NCBI GenBank assembly: GCA_963740355.1
Contig: CAVUDW010000003.1
Span: forward strand, 480,001 to 544,000
DNA: 64,000 nucleotides
DNA from: an uncultured Gemmatimonadaceae bacterium
Lineage (GTDB): Bacteria; Gemmatimonadota; Gemmatimonadetes; Gemmatimonadales; Gemmatimonadaceae
Direction: 5' to 3'
Shown piece by piece: positions 43,429-51,956 of this stretch. Both the position numbers and the translations under genes were made by a program. Numbering within the stretch: position 1 is the first letter of the stretch; each line of letters begins with the position of its first letter. The notes beneath the pieces are model-generated. The model was not told the origin of the DNA, did no database searches, and was given only the letters and a program-made list of their open reading frames with translations.

Positions 43429-43653
43429 ATGACGAGACAATGCCACACCGCCGCGATAACACAGTGGAAGGACAGCGATGCGCACCTGCATCGCGTCGAG
43501 CGCCTGCGTACCCGCGCGATGGCCACGAGGGCTGTCTGTCCGGGAACGAGCGAGATGCCGGAACATCGGCATGATCTGAGAGACAACGCACGAATCGCCG
43601 ACGCGAGCGTCGGGACAGTCGTCACCACACCACGCATGGAGTTCATCACATGA
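43429..43653 (+). CDS. Hypothetical small protein
   Basis: ATGA overlap with the next gene; no motif. Confidence 0.3.
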   Translation: MTRQCHTAAITQWKDSDAHLHRVERLRTRAMATRAVCPGTSEMPEHRHDLRDNARIADASVGTVVTTPRMEFIT

Positions 43654-44387
43654 CCGCTCGAATCCCGTCCGGCCCCGCACTCTCACGCGTGGATGACACG
43701 CAGCAGGCCGTCAATCGCGGCGTCGCCGCACTGATCGAGGAAACGCAAAGCGCATTGCGTACCGTCGCCGGCAGCCTGCTCGCGAGTCTGCTCGAGTATC
43801 CCTACTTTGGGCTGGCGCACGGGCACGCCACCCTGCGCGAGACGATCAGTCACGAGTGGCGCGGAGGACCGGCCGTCACTGGCATCCACCTGTGGCTCCG
43901 CCGCGTGGTCGCACACACGCTCGCGGTGGCGGATGCCGTCACGGCGGCCGACCGGGATACTGCAGTCCTCGCGGCAATCTGTCGCGAATTCGGCGCGTGT
44001 GCCGTGACACCGCCCGATGGCATCACGGTCTTCTCGCTCGCCGATCATGGGCCGCTGCCTGGCGCTGCGGCCTTCATGACGCGCCTGCAGGAGGCGATGA
44101 ATCGGCACGATCACATCGCCGCGGCCGAGGATGACGAGCTCACCAGGGTCATCGCGACGGTGCGCGAGCTCGAGCTGCATCCGTGGGTTCCTGTCACGTC
44201 GGTGGCCGCTGCCGTCGCAGTGGCTGGCCGCGCGAGTGCTGCGGCGCTGATCGGCGTGGCGGAGTCCACGGGGCCGCTCCGGCTGTCACGTCGTCACTCG
44301 CTCGCGAAGATCTCGTTCGGCCCACTCGGTGCAGTCGACACGCCTGCGCTGCAGACGGCTGGCGCGTCAGAGGCGCTGCCGTTCTGA
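43650..44387 (+). CDS. Degenerate HD-domain-like (YhaM-like) protein
   Basis: HEWRGG...AHTLAV...DRDTAVLAAICREFG aligns by eye to HH..GGL..H...DRDLL.AG.LLHDIGK with HD replaced by RE. Confidence 0.5.
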   Translation: MTARIPSGPALSRVDDTQQAVNRGVAALIEETQSALRTVAGSLLASLLEYPYFGLAHGHATLRETISHEWRGGPAVTGIHLWLRRVVAHTLAVADAVTAADRDTAVLAAICREFGACAVTPPDGITVFSLADHGPLPGAAAFMTRLQEAMNRHDHIAAAEDDELTRVIATVRELELHPWVPVTSVAAAVAVAGRASAAALIGVAESTGPLRLSRRHSLAKISFGPLGAVDTPALQTAGASEALPF

Positions 44388-44467
44388 GGGTCGCGCGCAC
44401 CGTCCGGTCGCCACGACGGACGGTCCGTACCCCCACGGAGCGCGGCTCATCCTGCGATGTCGGCGTG

Positions 44468-44746
44468 ATGTACACGCCGAAGATCTCTCACACAGGAGCG
44501 CGCTTGGCAGACGAAATGAGTTCCGCAGGATCGCGTGCAGGTCGCGTGGTGCCGCAGGTACGGTACGCTCGGCTCTGGAAGTCGCTGGTGTCGGGAAGCG
44601 TCCCGCCCCGCTCGGCGGACGTGGCGCAATGGTATCGTGCCGCGCAGCACGTGCTTGGTCCGGTGCTGCACGAAGCGCAGGTCGAGCGCATCGTCGAAAA
44701 TGGCGACGGTCGGCCCATGTGGGACGAAACGCAAACCGCCGCCTAG
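44468..44746 (+). CDS. Hypothetical protein
   Basis: 92-aa ORF closing the cluster. Confidence 0.4.
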   Translation: MYTPKISHTGARLADEMSSAGSRAGRVVPQVRYARLWKSLVSGSVPPRSADVAQWYRAAQHVLGPVLHEAQVERIVENGDGRPMWDETQTAA

Positions 44747-44901
44747 TACGACGGCGTTGAAAGTGCGCAGCTCCCCGATGTCAGGGCCACGAGGGCTCTC
44801 GTCGTCGGCCGGCTGCGCGCTTTGCGTTGCGCCGGATTCGCAGCGCGCGCTGACATGCTCTCGCGCTTCGGCTGGGTGGGCCCTTTCCCACGCGCGACCG
44901 A

Positions 44902-44932
44902 AGGGTACACCTCGTAGTCACTCCGAGCTCAA
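44902..44932 (-). promoter_or_regulatory. Orphan MerR-type promoter
   Basis: -35 TTGAGC, 19-bp spacer, -10 TACCCT; dyad CTCGTAG-TCA-CTCCGAG at 44911-44927. Confidence 0.65.
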
Positions 44933-44948
44933 GGAGCGGATCATCGCG

Positions 44949-45030
44949 GTGGCTCCCTCAACGACGGCAAGCGACCTCACAATCGGCGTGCTGGCGGCCC
45001 GGACCGGCTGCACGGTGGACGCGATCACCT
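44949..45030 (+). pseudogene. MerR-family regulator N-terminal remnant
   Basis: LTIGVLAARTGCTVDAI, then similarity is lost. Confidence 0.6.
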
Positions 45031-45122
45031 CGACTCGCTGGTTTGCACGGGGCGTCACGCGGAATACGTGCGGCATTCGCTGGAATCATCGTCGCGCAAA
45101 GGTGCGGGTCAGGTAAACAGCT

Positions 45123-45578
45123 TTATCGGTCGAGATCACGGATCAGCGCCTTCATCTCGCCGATCTCGCGCACCTGTGCCTCGATGATTCCATCGGCCAG
45201 CTTCCGCACGCGAGGATCGGAAATGTGCGCGCGCTCGCTCGTCAGGATAGCAATCGAGTGATGTGGGATCATCGCCCTCATCCACGACACGTCGCCCACG
45301 GTCGCCTGGCTGCGCACAAGCCAGAGCGCGACGGCGAACACCACGGCGCTGCCGCCGAAGATCCAGGCGTTCAGTCGGCTATCGTTGTACATGCCGCGCA
45401 TGAACACCAGCATGATCACCGCCATCGTCGCGCCCATCACCAGGGCCATCCAGGCGCGCGTCTGGCTGAAGAACACATGATCCAGCGCATAGGTATTCAG
45501 GTACATCAAACCGAACATGACCACGGTTGAGACTGCGATCATGCCAGCGAAGCGCCGGTACGGACTAGTGGAATTCAC
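45123..45578 (-). CDS. DUF305 domain membrane protein (copy 2)
   Basis: Near-identical to copy 1; GTG start. Confidence 0.88.
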   Translation of the reverse strand: MNSTSPYRRFAGMIAVSTVVMFGLMYLNTYALDHVFFSQTRAWMALVMGATMAVIMLVFMRGMYNDSRLNAWIFGGSAVVFAVALWLVRSQATVGDVSWMRAMIPHHSIAILTSERAHISDPRVRKLADGIIEAQVREIGEMKALIRDLDR

Positions 45579-45761
45579 TCTTTACGTCCTGTGCATTGTT
45601 GAGTGACGATTGCGCGACGCTGTTACCCGGTGGCCGCTGTTCGAGTGTGTCTGGTGGCAAGCCTTGCGCCAGTCGCAGACGCATCCGCCCGGACGGCTTC
45701 CGGGTGCCGCGCAGCTACCACACCAGGCGAGCGCCACTGTCGAGAAACCTGCGGTGCCACG

Positions 45762-47868
45762 CTACAACTTCGCGCGCCGCAGGAGTTGCGCGTTCGCGGC
45801 CACGATGATCGTGGAGAGTGACATCAGACCCAGCCGCCATCGCCGGCGTCAGCGTGAGTCCCCACCGCGCGAATACCCCAGCCGCAAGCGGAATCGCGAC
45901 GACGTTGTATCCTGCGGCCCACCACAGATTCTGTACCATCTTCCGATAGCTGGCGCGTGAGAGCGTGATGATACGCGCCACATCGCGTGGATCACTGCGC
46001 ACCAGCACCACGTCGCCCGCCTCGACCGCGACGTCGGTGCCGGCACCAATCGCGACACCGACGTCAGCCGTTACCAGCGCTGGCGCATCGTTCACGCCGT
46101 CGCCCACCATCGCGACGCGCGTTCCGGCCTTCTGCAGCGCTTCGATCTTCGACGCCTTGTCCTGTGGCAGCACCTGCGACAACACGGTCGTGATGCCGAG
46201 TGTCTTCGCGACGGCGTCGGCCACCGCCTTCGAGTCGCCAGTCATCATCACCACGTCGATGCCCGCCTTCTGCAGCGCCATCACCGCGGCAGCCGACTCA
46301 GGCCGGACCGCGTCCGCGACCGCGAAGGCCGCGCGCGCCTGACCACCTTCGACCAGGTAGATCACGCCCTGGCCCTTCGCGGCTGCATCACGCTCGAACG
46401 CCGAGAGGGCCTGAGACGGCTGGACCTTCAGCTGTGCCAGCAGGTTCGGCCCGCCGACCGAGAGTGCACGACCTTCCACAGTCGCGCTGACACCGTGCCC
46501 AGGGATGGCCATGAAGGTCGTCGCCACCGGCACGTCGAGCTTTGCATCAACCGCACTCTGGACGATGGCACGTGCGACGGGGTGCTCGGCGTCGCGCTCG
46601 ACGCTTGCGGCGAGGCGCAGCGCATCTGCCTCAGTCATGCCATCGAGCACCTGCGTCGCGACCACGCGGTGCGCGCCGAGCGTGAGCGTGCCGGTCTTGT
46701 CGAAGACTACGGTCGTGAGATTCCTCGCGTCCTCGAATCCGACGCGATCACGCACCAACAGCCCATTCCGCGCGCCGAGCGTGGTCGAGATCGCAAGCAC
46801 CAGCGGCACGGCGAGGCCGAGGGCGTGCGGGCACGCGATCACGAGCACCGAGACCAATCGCTCCACCGCCATGGCCGGCCCGGCACCGAGGCTGATCCAG
46901 ACCACGAACGTCATTAGGCCGCATCCCAGCGCGACCCAGGTCAACCAGAATGCGGCGCGATCCGCCAGTGCCTGTGCGCGCGACTTCGAGTTCTGCGCCT
47001 GCTCCACCAGCCGCATGATCCCCGCGAGCGCGGTGCGGGTCCCGGTCCCAGTGACCTCGATTCGCAGCGACCCGGAGCCGTTGACCGTGCCCGCCAGCAC
47101 CTTCGCCCCGACCGTCTTCCCGACCGGGGCCGATTCGCCCGTCACGAGTGCCTCGTTCACGGCGCTTTCGCCGGCGCGCACCACGCCATCGGCAGGAATC
47201 GCTGCCCCAGGGCGGACCAGCAGCATGTCCGCATCGAGCAGCACCGTGACCGGCACATCCTCGAGCGTCTCGGAGGGGCCCTGCCCCGTCACGCGCGTCG
47301 CCATGTCGGGCAGCAATTTCGCGAGCTCGCCCAACGCGCCCTGCGCCTGATTGATCGAGCGCATTTCGAGCCAGTGGCCCAACAGCATGATCGTCACGAG
47401 GGATGCCAACTCTTCCCATAGCGGCATACCGGGAAATCCGAACAGCACTGCCGCGCTGAATGCGAAGGCCACACTGATCGCGAGGGCGATCAAGACCATC
47501 ATCCCAGGCAGGCGGTCGCGGACTTCCTGTAGCGCGCCTCGGAGAAACGGAAGGCCCCCATAGGCGAACACCGCCGAGCCGAACAGCGCCGGGACGTACG
47601 TGACGCCGGGGAACGCCGGCGCCGTGTAGTGCAGCGCGCTCTGCAGCATGTGGCCCCACACCAGCGTCGGAATCGTCAGCACGAGCGAGATCCAGAACTT
47701 GTCCCGGAACATCGCCACGGAGTGACCGGCATGCCGACTGTGCCCGCTCGCCATGGCGTCGTGGCCACCGTGCGGCTCGGGCGTTCCGCTGGGTGGCGAG
47801 TGAGACATGCCATGCCCCATCGGCGTGTCGGCGGGCATTGAATGCCCGTGCATCGCATGTTCGTCCAT
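45762..47868 (-). CDS. copB: CopB-like P1B ATPase (copy 2), +1 frameshift in CCC at 45829-45831 near the C-terminus
   Basis: [20 protein letters not shown]; removing one base restores LMSLSTIIVAANAQLLRRAKL*. Confidence 0.88.
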
Positions 47869-47951
47869 CGATCTCCTCCGCGGCGGGCGCGCCGGTCTGT
47901 GGACGCGCCGGTTCAGCGCTTCCTCGGCACGCTCTTGAGAAGTGCCGGGCA

Positions 47952-47966
47952 TTTATGCATCATAAA
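47952..47966. promoter_or_regulatory. Operator TTTATG-CAT-CATAAA
   Basis: Dyad between the divergent copB copy 2 and the BlaI-like gene. Confidence 0.75.
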
Positions 47967-48007
47967 GGATCGCGTTCCTTCCCGCGCCGAACTCTCGAGG
48001 TCCCTCC

Positions 48008-48499
48008 GTGGTGAAACGCAAGTCCCCCAGCGCCGGAACCGGCGGCTCGGCAGGATCACCCGCAGCTCGTGTACCCGTGACTCCACAGTTGCAGGACACG
48101 GTCCGTCTCTCCGCGGCAGGGCTTGCGAAGGTGCTTGGCGATCTCGAGGCGCGCGTGATGCGCGCCGTGTGGGCGCTCGCGCGTCCGGTCAGCGCTCGGA
48201 TCGTGCATGAGGAGGTTGCACGCACGCACGCCGTCGCGCTGCTGACGGTGGTCACCGTACTCAACAAGCTCGTGACCAAGCGCATGCTCATTCGCAAGTC
48301 ACAGGATGGGCTGTTGCACTTCGAGGCGTTGATGAGCGAGCAGGCGTTCATGGCGCATGCCAGCCGACGCGTCGTGGAAGGGATCCTGTCATTCGATCCT
48401 GATGCCGTGGCTGCGTCGTTCGTCGACGTCCTCGCGTCGCGCGATCCCGCGCAACTCGAAGAGCTCGCGCGCCTCATACAGCAGCGCTTGGCGCCCTGA
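48008..48499 (+). CDS. BlaI/MecI/CopY-family transcriptional repressor
   Basis: LGDLEARVM..VW...TV.TVLNKL..K winged HTH; no cysteines. Confidence 0.9.
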   Translation: MVKRKSPSAGTGGSAGSPAARVPVTPQLQDTVRLSAAGLAKVLGDLEARVMRAVWALARPVSARIVHEEVARTHAVALLTVVTVLNKLVTKRMLIRKSQDGLLHFEALMSEQAFMAHASRRVVEGILSFDPDAVAASFVDVLASRDPAQLEELARLIQQRLAP

Positions 48500-48536
48500 C
48501 GGCCACGCCGAGCCGAATACTGTGACGCCCCCCGTC

Positions 48537-49580
48537 ATGCGCCGCGAGTTCCTCCGCCGGACCGTGGAAGGTCATGAGGCGCGACATCGGCGTCGCGTGC
48601 TGGTCGTGACCGGCATCCTCACACTCGTCGCGATCAGTCCGGTGCTAGGGCACCACCTGACCACACGACTGACCTCCGCGTTCGCGGGCTACGAGCACAT
48701 TTGGATCGTGTGCCTCGTTGCGCTGCACGAGTTGCTGGCGCCGGTGCATACGGCATTTCACATCTTGCTGCTGGCTGGGATTACTTACGCCGTGGCCGAC
48801 CGCACGCGAGCATGGTACCGCGTTCGGCGAACGCTGCGGGTGCTCGAGTCGCGACCGGCGACGCCTGACGACACCGTCTGGTCGGCCAGTGAAGCGAGCG
48901 GCATCCCGGTTGACGTGCTCCGACTGGCGAGCGGGCTGCCGAATCCTGCATTCACGACTGGCTGGCTAAGCCCCGTCATCTACGTCGATACGCAACTTCA
49001 ATCGGCGCTGACGGAGCGGCAACTCGCCGCGGTCCTGCTGCACGAGTATGCGCACGTGCTTCGTCGTGACCCTGCGCGACTGACACTGTTGCGCGCGCTC
49101 GGCTGCCTGTTGTTCTGGCTCCCCGCGTTACGCCGCCTCGCACGGGACGTCGCCGACGATGCCGAGATTGCGGCCGATAATTTTGCAGCGCGAGGCGACC
49201 CGGTCGTGCTGGCGTCAGCGATCCTGCGGCTCGCACAGTGGCCTTCACTCGACGGGCGACAGGCACAGTCCGACCTCCCCGACAACGGGCGCAGCGTCGT
49301 CGGATTTCAGCGCGACGTGATGCTGGACCGCCGCATTCACCGACTGCTCGGCAACGACGCGCCGATTGTGACGCATGTGACGTGGCGATCCATCTTTGCG
49401 GCCAGTGTCGGGTTGATGCTTGCCTGGTCGTCGGGGATGGCAGTCGCCCATCCCATGACCGACGCGAGCAAGCACTGCACCCATCAACATGAGTGGGCGT
49501 ACGAGCACCTGTTCTGCCTTGCGGAGCGCCCGGATGGGCAGGATACGATTTGCCCGCACGAGCGCCGCCTCGCGCCCTGA
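48537..49580 (+). CDS. M56 (BlaR1/MecR1-like) membrane metallopeptidase
   Basis: AFTTGWLSP.I, LLHEYAHV.RRDP, E..AD, L..RI.RL; His/Cys-rich tail; no penicillin-binding domain. Confidence 0.88.
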   Translation: MRREFLRRTVEGHEARHRRRVLVVTGILTLVAISPVLGHHLTTRLTSAFAGYEHIWIVCLVALHELLAPVHTAFHILLLAGITYAVADRTRAWYRVRRTLRVLESRPATPDDTVWSASEASGIPVDVLRLASGLPNPAFTTGWLSPVIYVDTQLQSALTERQLAAVLLHEYAHVLRRDPARLTLLRALGCLLFWLPALRRLARDVADDAEIAADNFAARGDPVVLASAILRLAQWPSLDGRQAQSDLPDNGRSVVGFQRDVMLDRRIHRLLGNDAPIVTHVTWRSIFAASVGLMLAWSSGMAVAHPMTDASKHCTHQHEWAYEHLFCLAERPDGQDTICPHERRLAP

Positions 49581-49677
49581 ACACCGTCGGAGCGGTCAAC
49601 GTGACATCAGGCTCGCGACACAAAGCTGCTACATCCGGATCACCCCCTGCCGTTCAACCATCTCGCACGAGTTTTCA

Positions 49678-50205
49678 ATGCTCGCCCTCCTCGGCATTCT
49701 CGCGGCGCTCAGCGCTTCGTCCGCCCATCCCACTGCTGAGGGCATGCCCCGCGCGTCAGCAACGGCGCCGCGCCTCGGTATGATCGCCACGGTTGTCGCG
49801 AGCTCAACCGCCCTGGCCGTCAGTGATTCCGCAGACGTGGCTCAGGTGGTCGCGGCCTTCCATGCCGCCCTTGCCGCCGGCGACGGCGCGGCAGCGCTCC
49901 GGTTGCTGGCTCCCGACGCCATCATCCAGGAGAGTGGTGGCGTCGAGTCTCGAGCCGACTACGAGAGCCATCACCTGTCCGGCGACATCGAGTTCGCGCG
50001 GGCCGTGCCGTCGACGCGGAGCGCACTCCGTGTCGTCACCGACGGCAATGTTGCATGGATCTCGAGCACCAGCGTGACGAAGGGCACGTTTCGCACTCGC
50101 GCCATCAATTCGGTCGGCGCCGAGCTCATGATCCTGTCACGCACGAGCGGCACGTGGCGCATCCGAGCGATTCACTGGTCGTCTCGAGCAGCCAAGGGGG
50201 CGTGA
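49678..50205 (+). CDS. Exported NTF2/SnoaL-like (DUF4440) protein
   Basis: V.AFH.AL..GD...LLAPDA.I.E.G..E, W.I.AIHWSS. Confidence 0.8.
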   Translation: MLALLGILAALSASSAHPTAEGMPRASATAPRLGMIATVVASSTALAVSDSADVAQVVAAFHAALAAGDGAAALRLLAPDAIIQESGGVESRADYESHHLSGDIEFARAVPSTRSALRVVTDGNVAWISSTSVTKGTFRTRAINSVGAELMILSRTSGTWRIRAIHWSSRAAKGA

Positions 50206-50240
50206 CGACCGGTCGCGTGTAGGAGCAATCCTCCGCACGC

Positions 50241-50281
50241 TTGACGCGGCGTAAAGGGCTCAATAGTTTAGGCACCGTAAA
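50241..50281 (+). promoter_or_regulatory. Sigma70 promoter overlapped by two operator copies
   Basis: -35 TTGACG (50241), 17 bp, -10 TAGTTT (50264); dyads TTGACG-CGG-CGTAAA and TTTAGG-CAC-CGTAAA. Confidence 0.65.
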
Positions 50282-50403
50282 GCCGGATGGGTTCGCTTGC
50301 CTCGACGTTCGTGAATCGATGTGCAGGAATCCAGGCACGCGGTATCGGTCATCGCAGCGTGGTGACCAGCGTCTGACGGCTTCACGTTCGCGCGGAGAGC
50401 GTT

Positions 50404-51204
50404 ATGAGCTTCTCGTCTGCTGCTGCAAGGTTGGATGCGATTGCGCCGTTGAATTCCCTGCTGCGTCTGCGATATCAGCGGCGGTTCCGTACAGCACATG
50501 GGGCAGGTTGCTGGTCCGGCGTATACCCGAGCTTTTCCACGGCGCTCCAGGCTGCGCCGCGATCCGCACCTGTGGGATACGATCACTCGAGCGCCGCCAC
50601 GCTCTACGATGACATGCTGGATCGCGTGCAGCCGAAGGACTATCCAGTGCTCTACTGGCTTCGTCGCTGTCTGCGCCCGGGCGCGTCGCTCTTCGATTTC
50701 GGTGGGAGCGCTGGCGTCTCGTTTTACGCGTATCGTCGCTATGTCGCCGATCTGGCACCTGATCCATGGATCGTGTGCGACACGCCCTCTGTCGTAGAGG
50801 TGGGCCGCGCGCGCGCCGCCCGTGGCGATGCGAATCAACTGCGATTCACGAGTGAGTTCGCTGACGCAAGTGGATGCGACGTGCTGTTTACTGCGGGCAC
50901 ACTTCAGTATGTGGAGCCGTCATTCCACGACATGGTGACAGGGCTTCCGCGAAAGCCGGATCACATCATCGTGAACATGCTGCCAACGCTTCCCGACAGA
51001 ACGATCATCACGCTGCAGAACATCGGTGTGAGTTTCTGCCCTTACCGAATCATCGAGCGAGGCGCGCTTGCTCAATCGCTTGAATCCGTGGGCTACGCGC
51101 TCGAAGATTCGTGGGTGAACCCCGAGGGGCGTACAAAGCTTCCGTATGCGGAAGGGGTGCCGGAGATCACGTGGATCGGCCAGTATTTCAGACGCACAAG
51201 CTGA
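50404..51204 (+). CDS. Putative SAM methyltransferase (TIGR04325-like)
   Basis: DYPVLYWL, FDFGGSAG..FY, W.VCD.P, GTLQY, TLQNIG. Confidence 0.75.
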   Translation: MSFSSAAARLDAIAPLNSLLRLRYQRRFRTAHGAGCWSGVYPSFSTALQAAPRSAPVGYDHSSAATLYDDMLDRVQPKDYPVLYWLRRCLRPGASLFDFGGSAGVSFYAYRRYVADLAPDPWIVCDTPSVVEVGRARAARGDANQLRFTSEFADASGCDVLFTAGTLQYVEPSFHDMVTGLPRKPDHIIVNMLPTLPDRTIITLQNIGVSFCPYRIIERGALAQSLESVGYALEDSWVNPEGRTKLPYAEGVPEITWIGQYFRRTS

Positions 51205-51247
51205 TCTCCTCGCGCGCGCGGTCTGTGATTGCCTTCGCGCCGTTTCG

Positions 51248-51742
51248 CTATCTCGGCGCGGCAGTCTGCGGCCTCGGACAGGGATGCGAGTAGTGGATGT
51301 GTCGCACCACCCACGTCGAGTCGCGACGCACCCACACCATAGTCTCATTGCCGGCGGCCGTGATCGATTTACCCTTGACTGTCGCGCGGATGTCGTACTC
51401 GCGCGTGACGAGCGCCATGTCCGGTCCCGCGGTGACGCGCACGTTGCTGAAAGTCGCGGTGGCGTTGTCGAACTCCTCGACTTCGGGACGGAGGTGATTG
51501 TCCCAGACATCCTGCAGGCCGACGTTGCGGACGCTGTGCTCGTACAACACGACGTCGTCGGCCAGCATCGCCTTCAGAGCGACGAGATTCTTCGATGTCA
51601 TCGCGACGTTCTAGCGCTCGACGGCCGCCCGCACCGCCGCCTCTGGGGCTTGCGCACCGAGCCTATCGCCGGTCGTACCAAGCACGGCGGCTCCGAGGGC
51701 AAGGACCAGTGCGCGATGGCGAAGGAATTGGCGACTCGACAC
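51248..51742 (-). pseudogene. Exported NTF2/SnoaL-like protein with in-frame TAG at 51611-51613
   Basis: GGAG RBS + GTG 51742, signal peptide, AAVRAAVER*NVAM, then DVVLYE, GNETMVW, W.V.HIHYS. Confidence 0.75.
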
Positions 51743-51789
51743 GGGGACGCTCCAGGGCGACGGGGGAACTTCGGCACGACACCAGGTGT

Positions 51790-51886
51790 TTTATGCGCCA
51801 TAAACTCGCTGGCGGTTCTGCGCATGTCAAGCGACGCGGGCGCATTGACGGCGGCAGCGTCAAGATACTATTTTATGACGCGTAAA
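51790..51886. promoter_or_regulatory. Two operator copies in the divergent promoter region
   Basis: TTTATG-CGC-CATAAA (51790-51804) and TTTATG-ACG-CGTAAA (51872-51886). Confidence 0.75.
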
Positions 51887-51956
51887 GCTGTGCGCCTGAT
51901 CGTGATTGCGCCGGTCGGCCGAAATTGCTGCTCCCTTTCTGCCCCTCGTTGATCTG

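Noticed and set aside
51611..51613. In-frame TAG as pyrrolysine or recoding
   Set aside because: Single case; many genes here use TAG as a true stop; no pyl genes; simple nonsense change or error.
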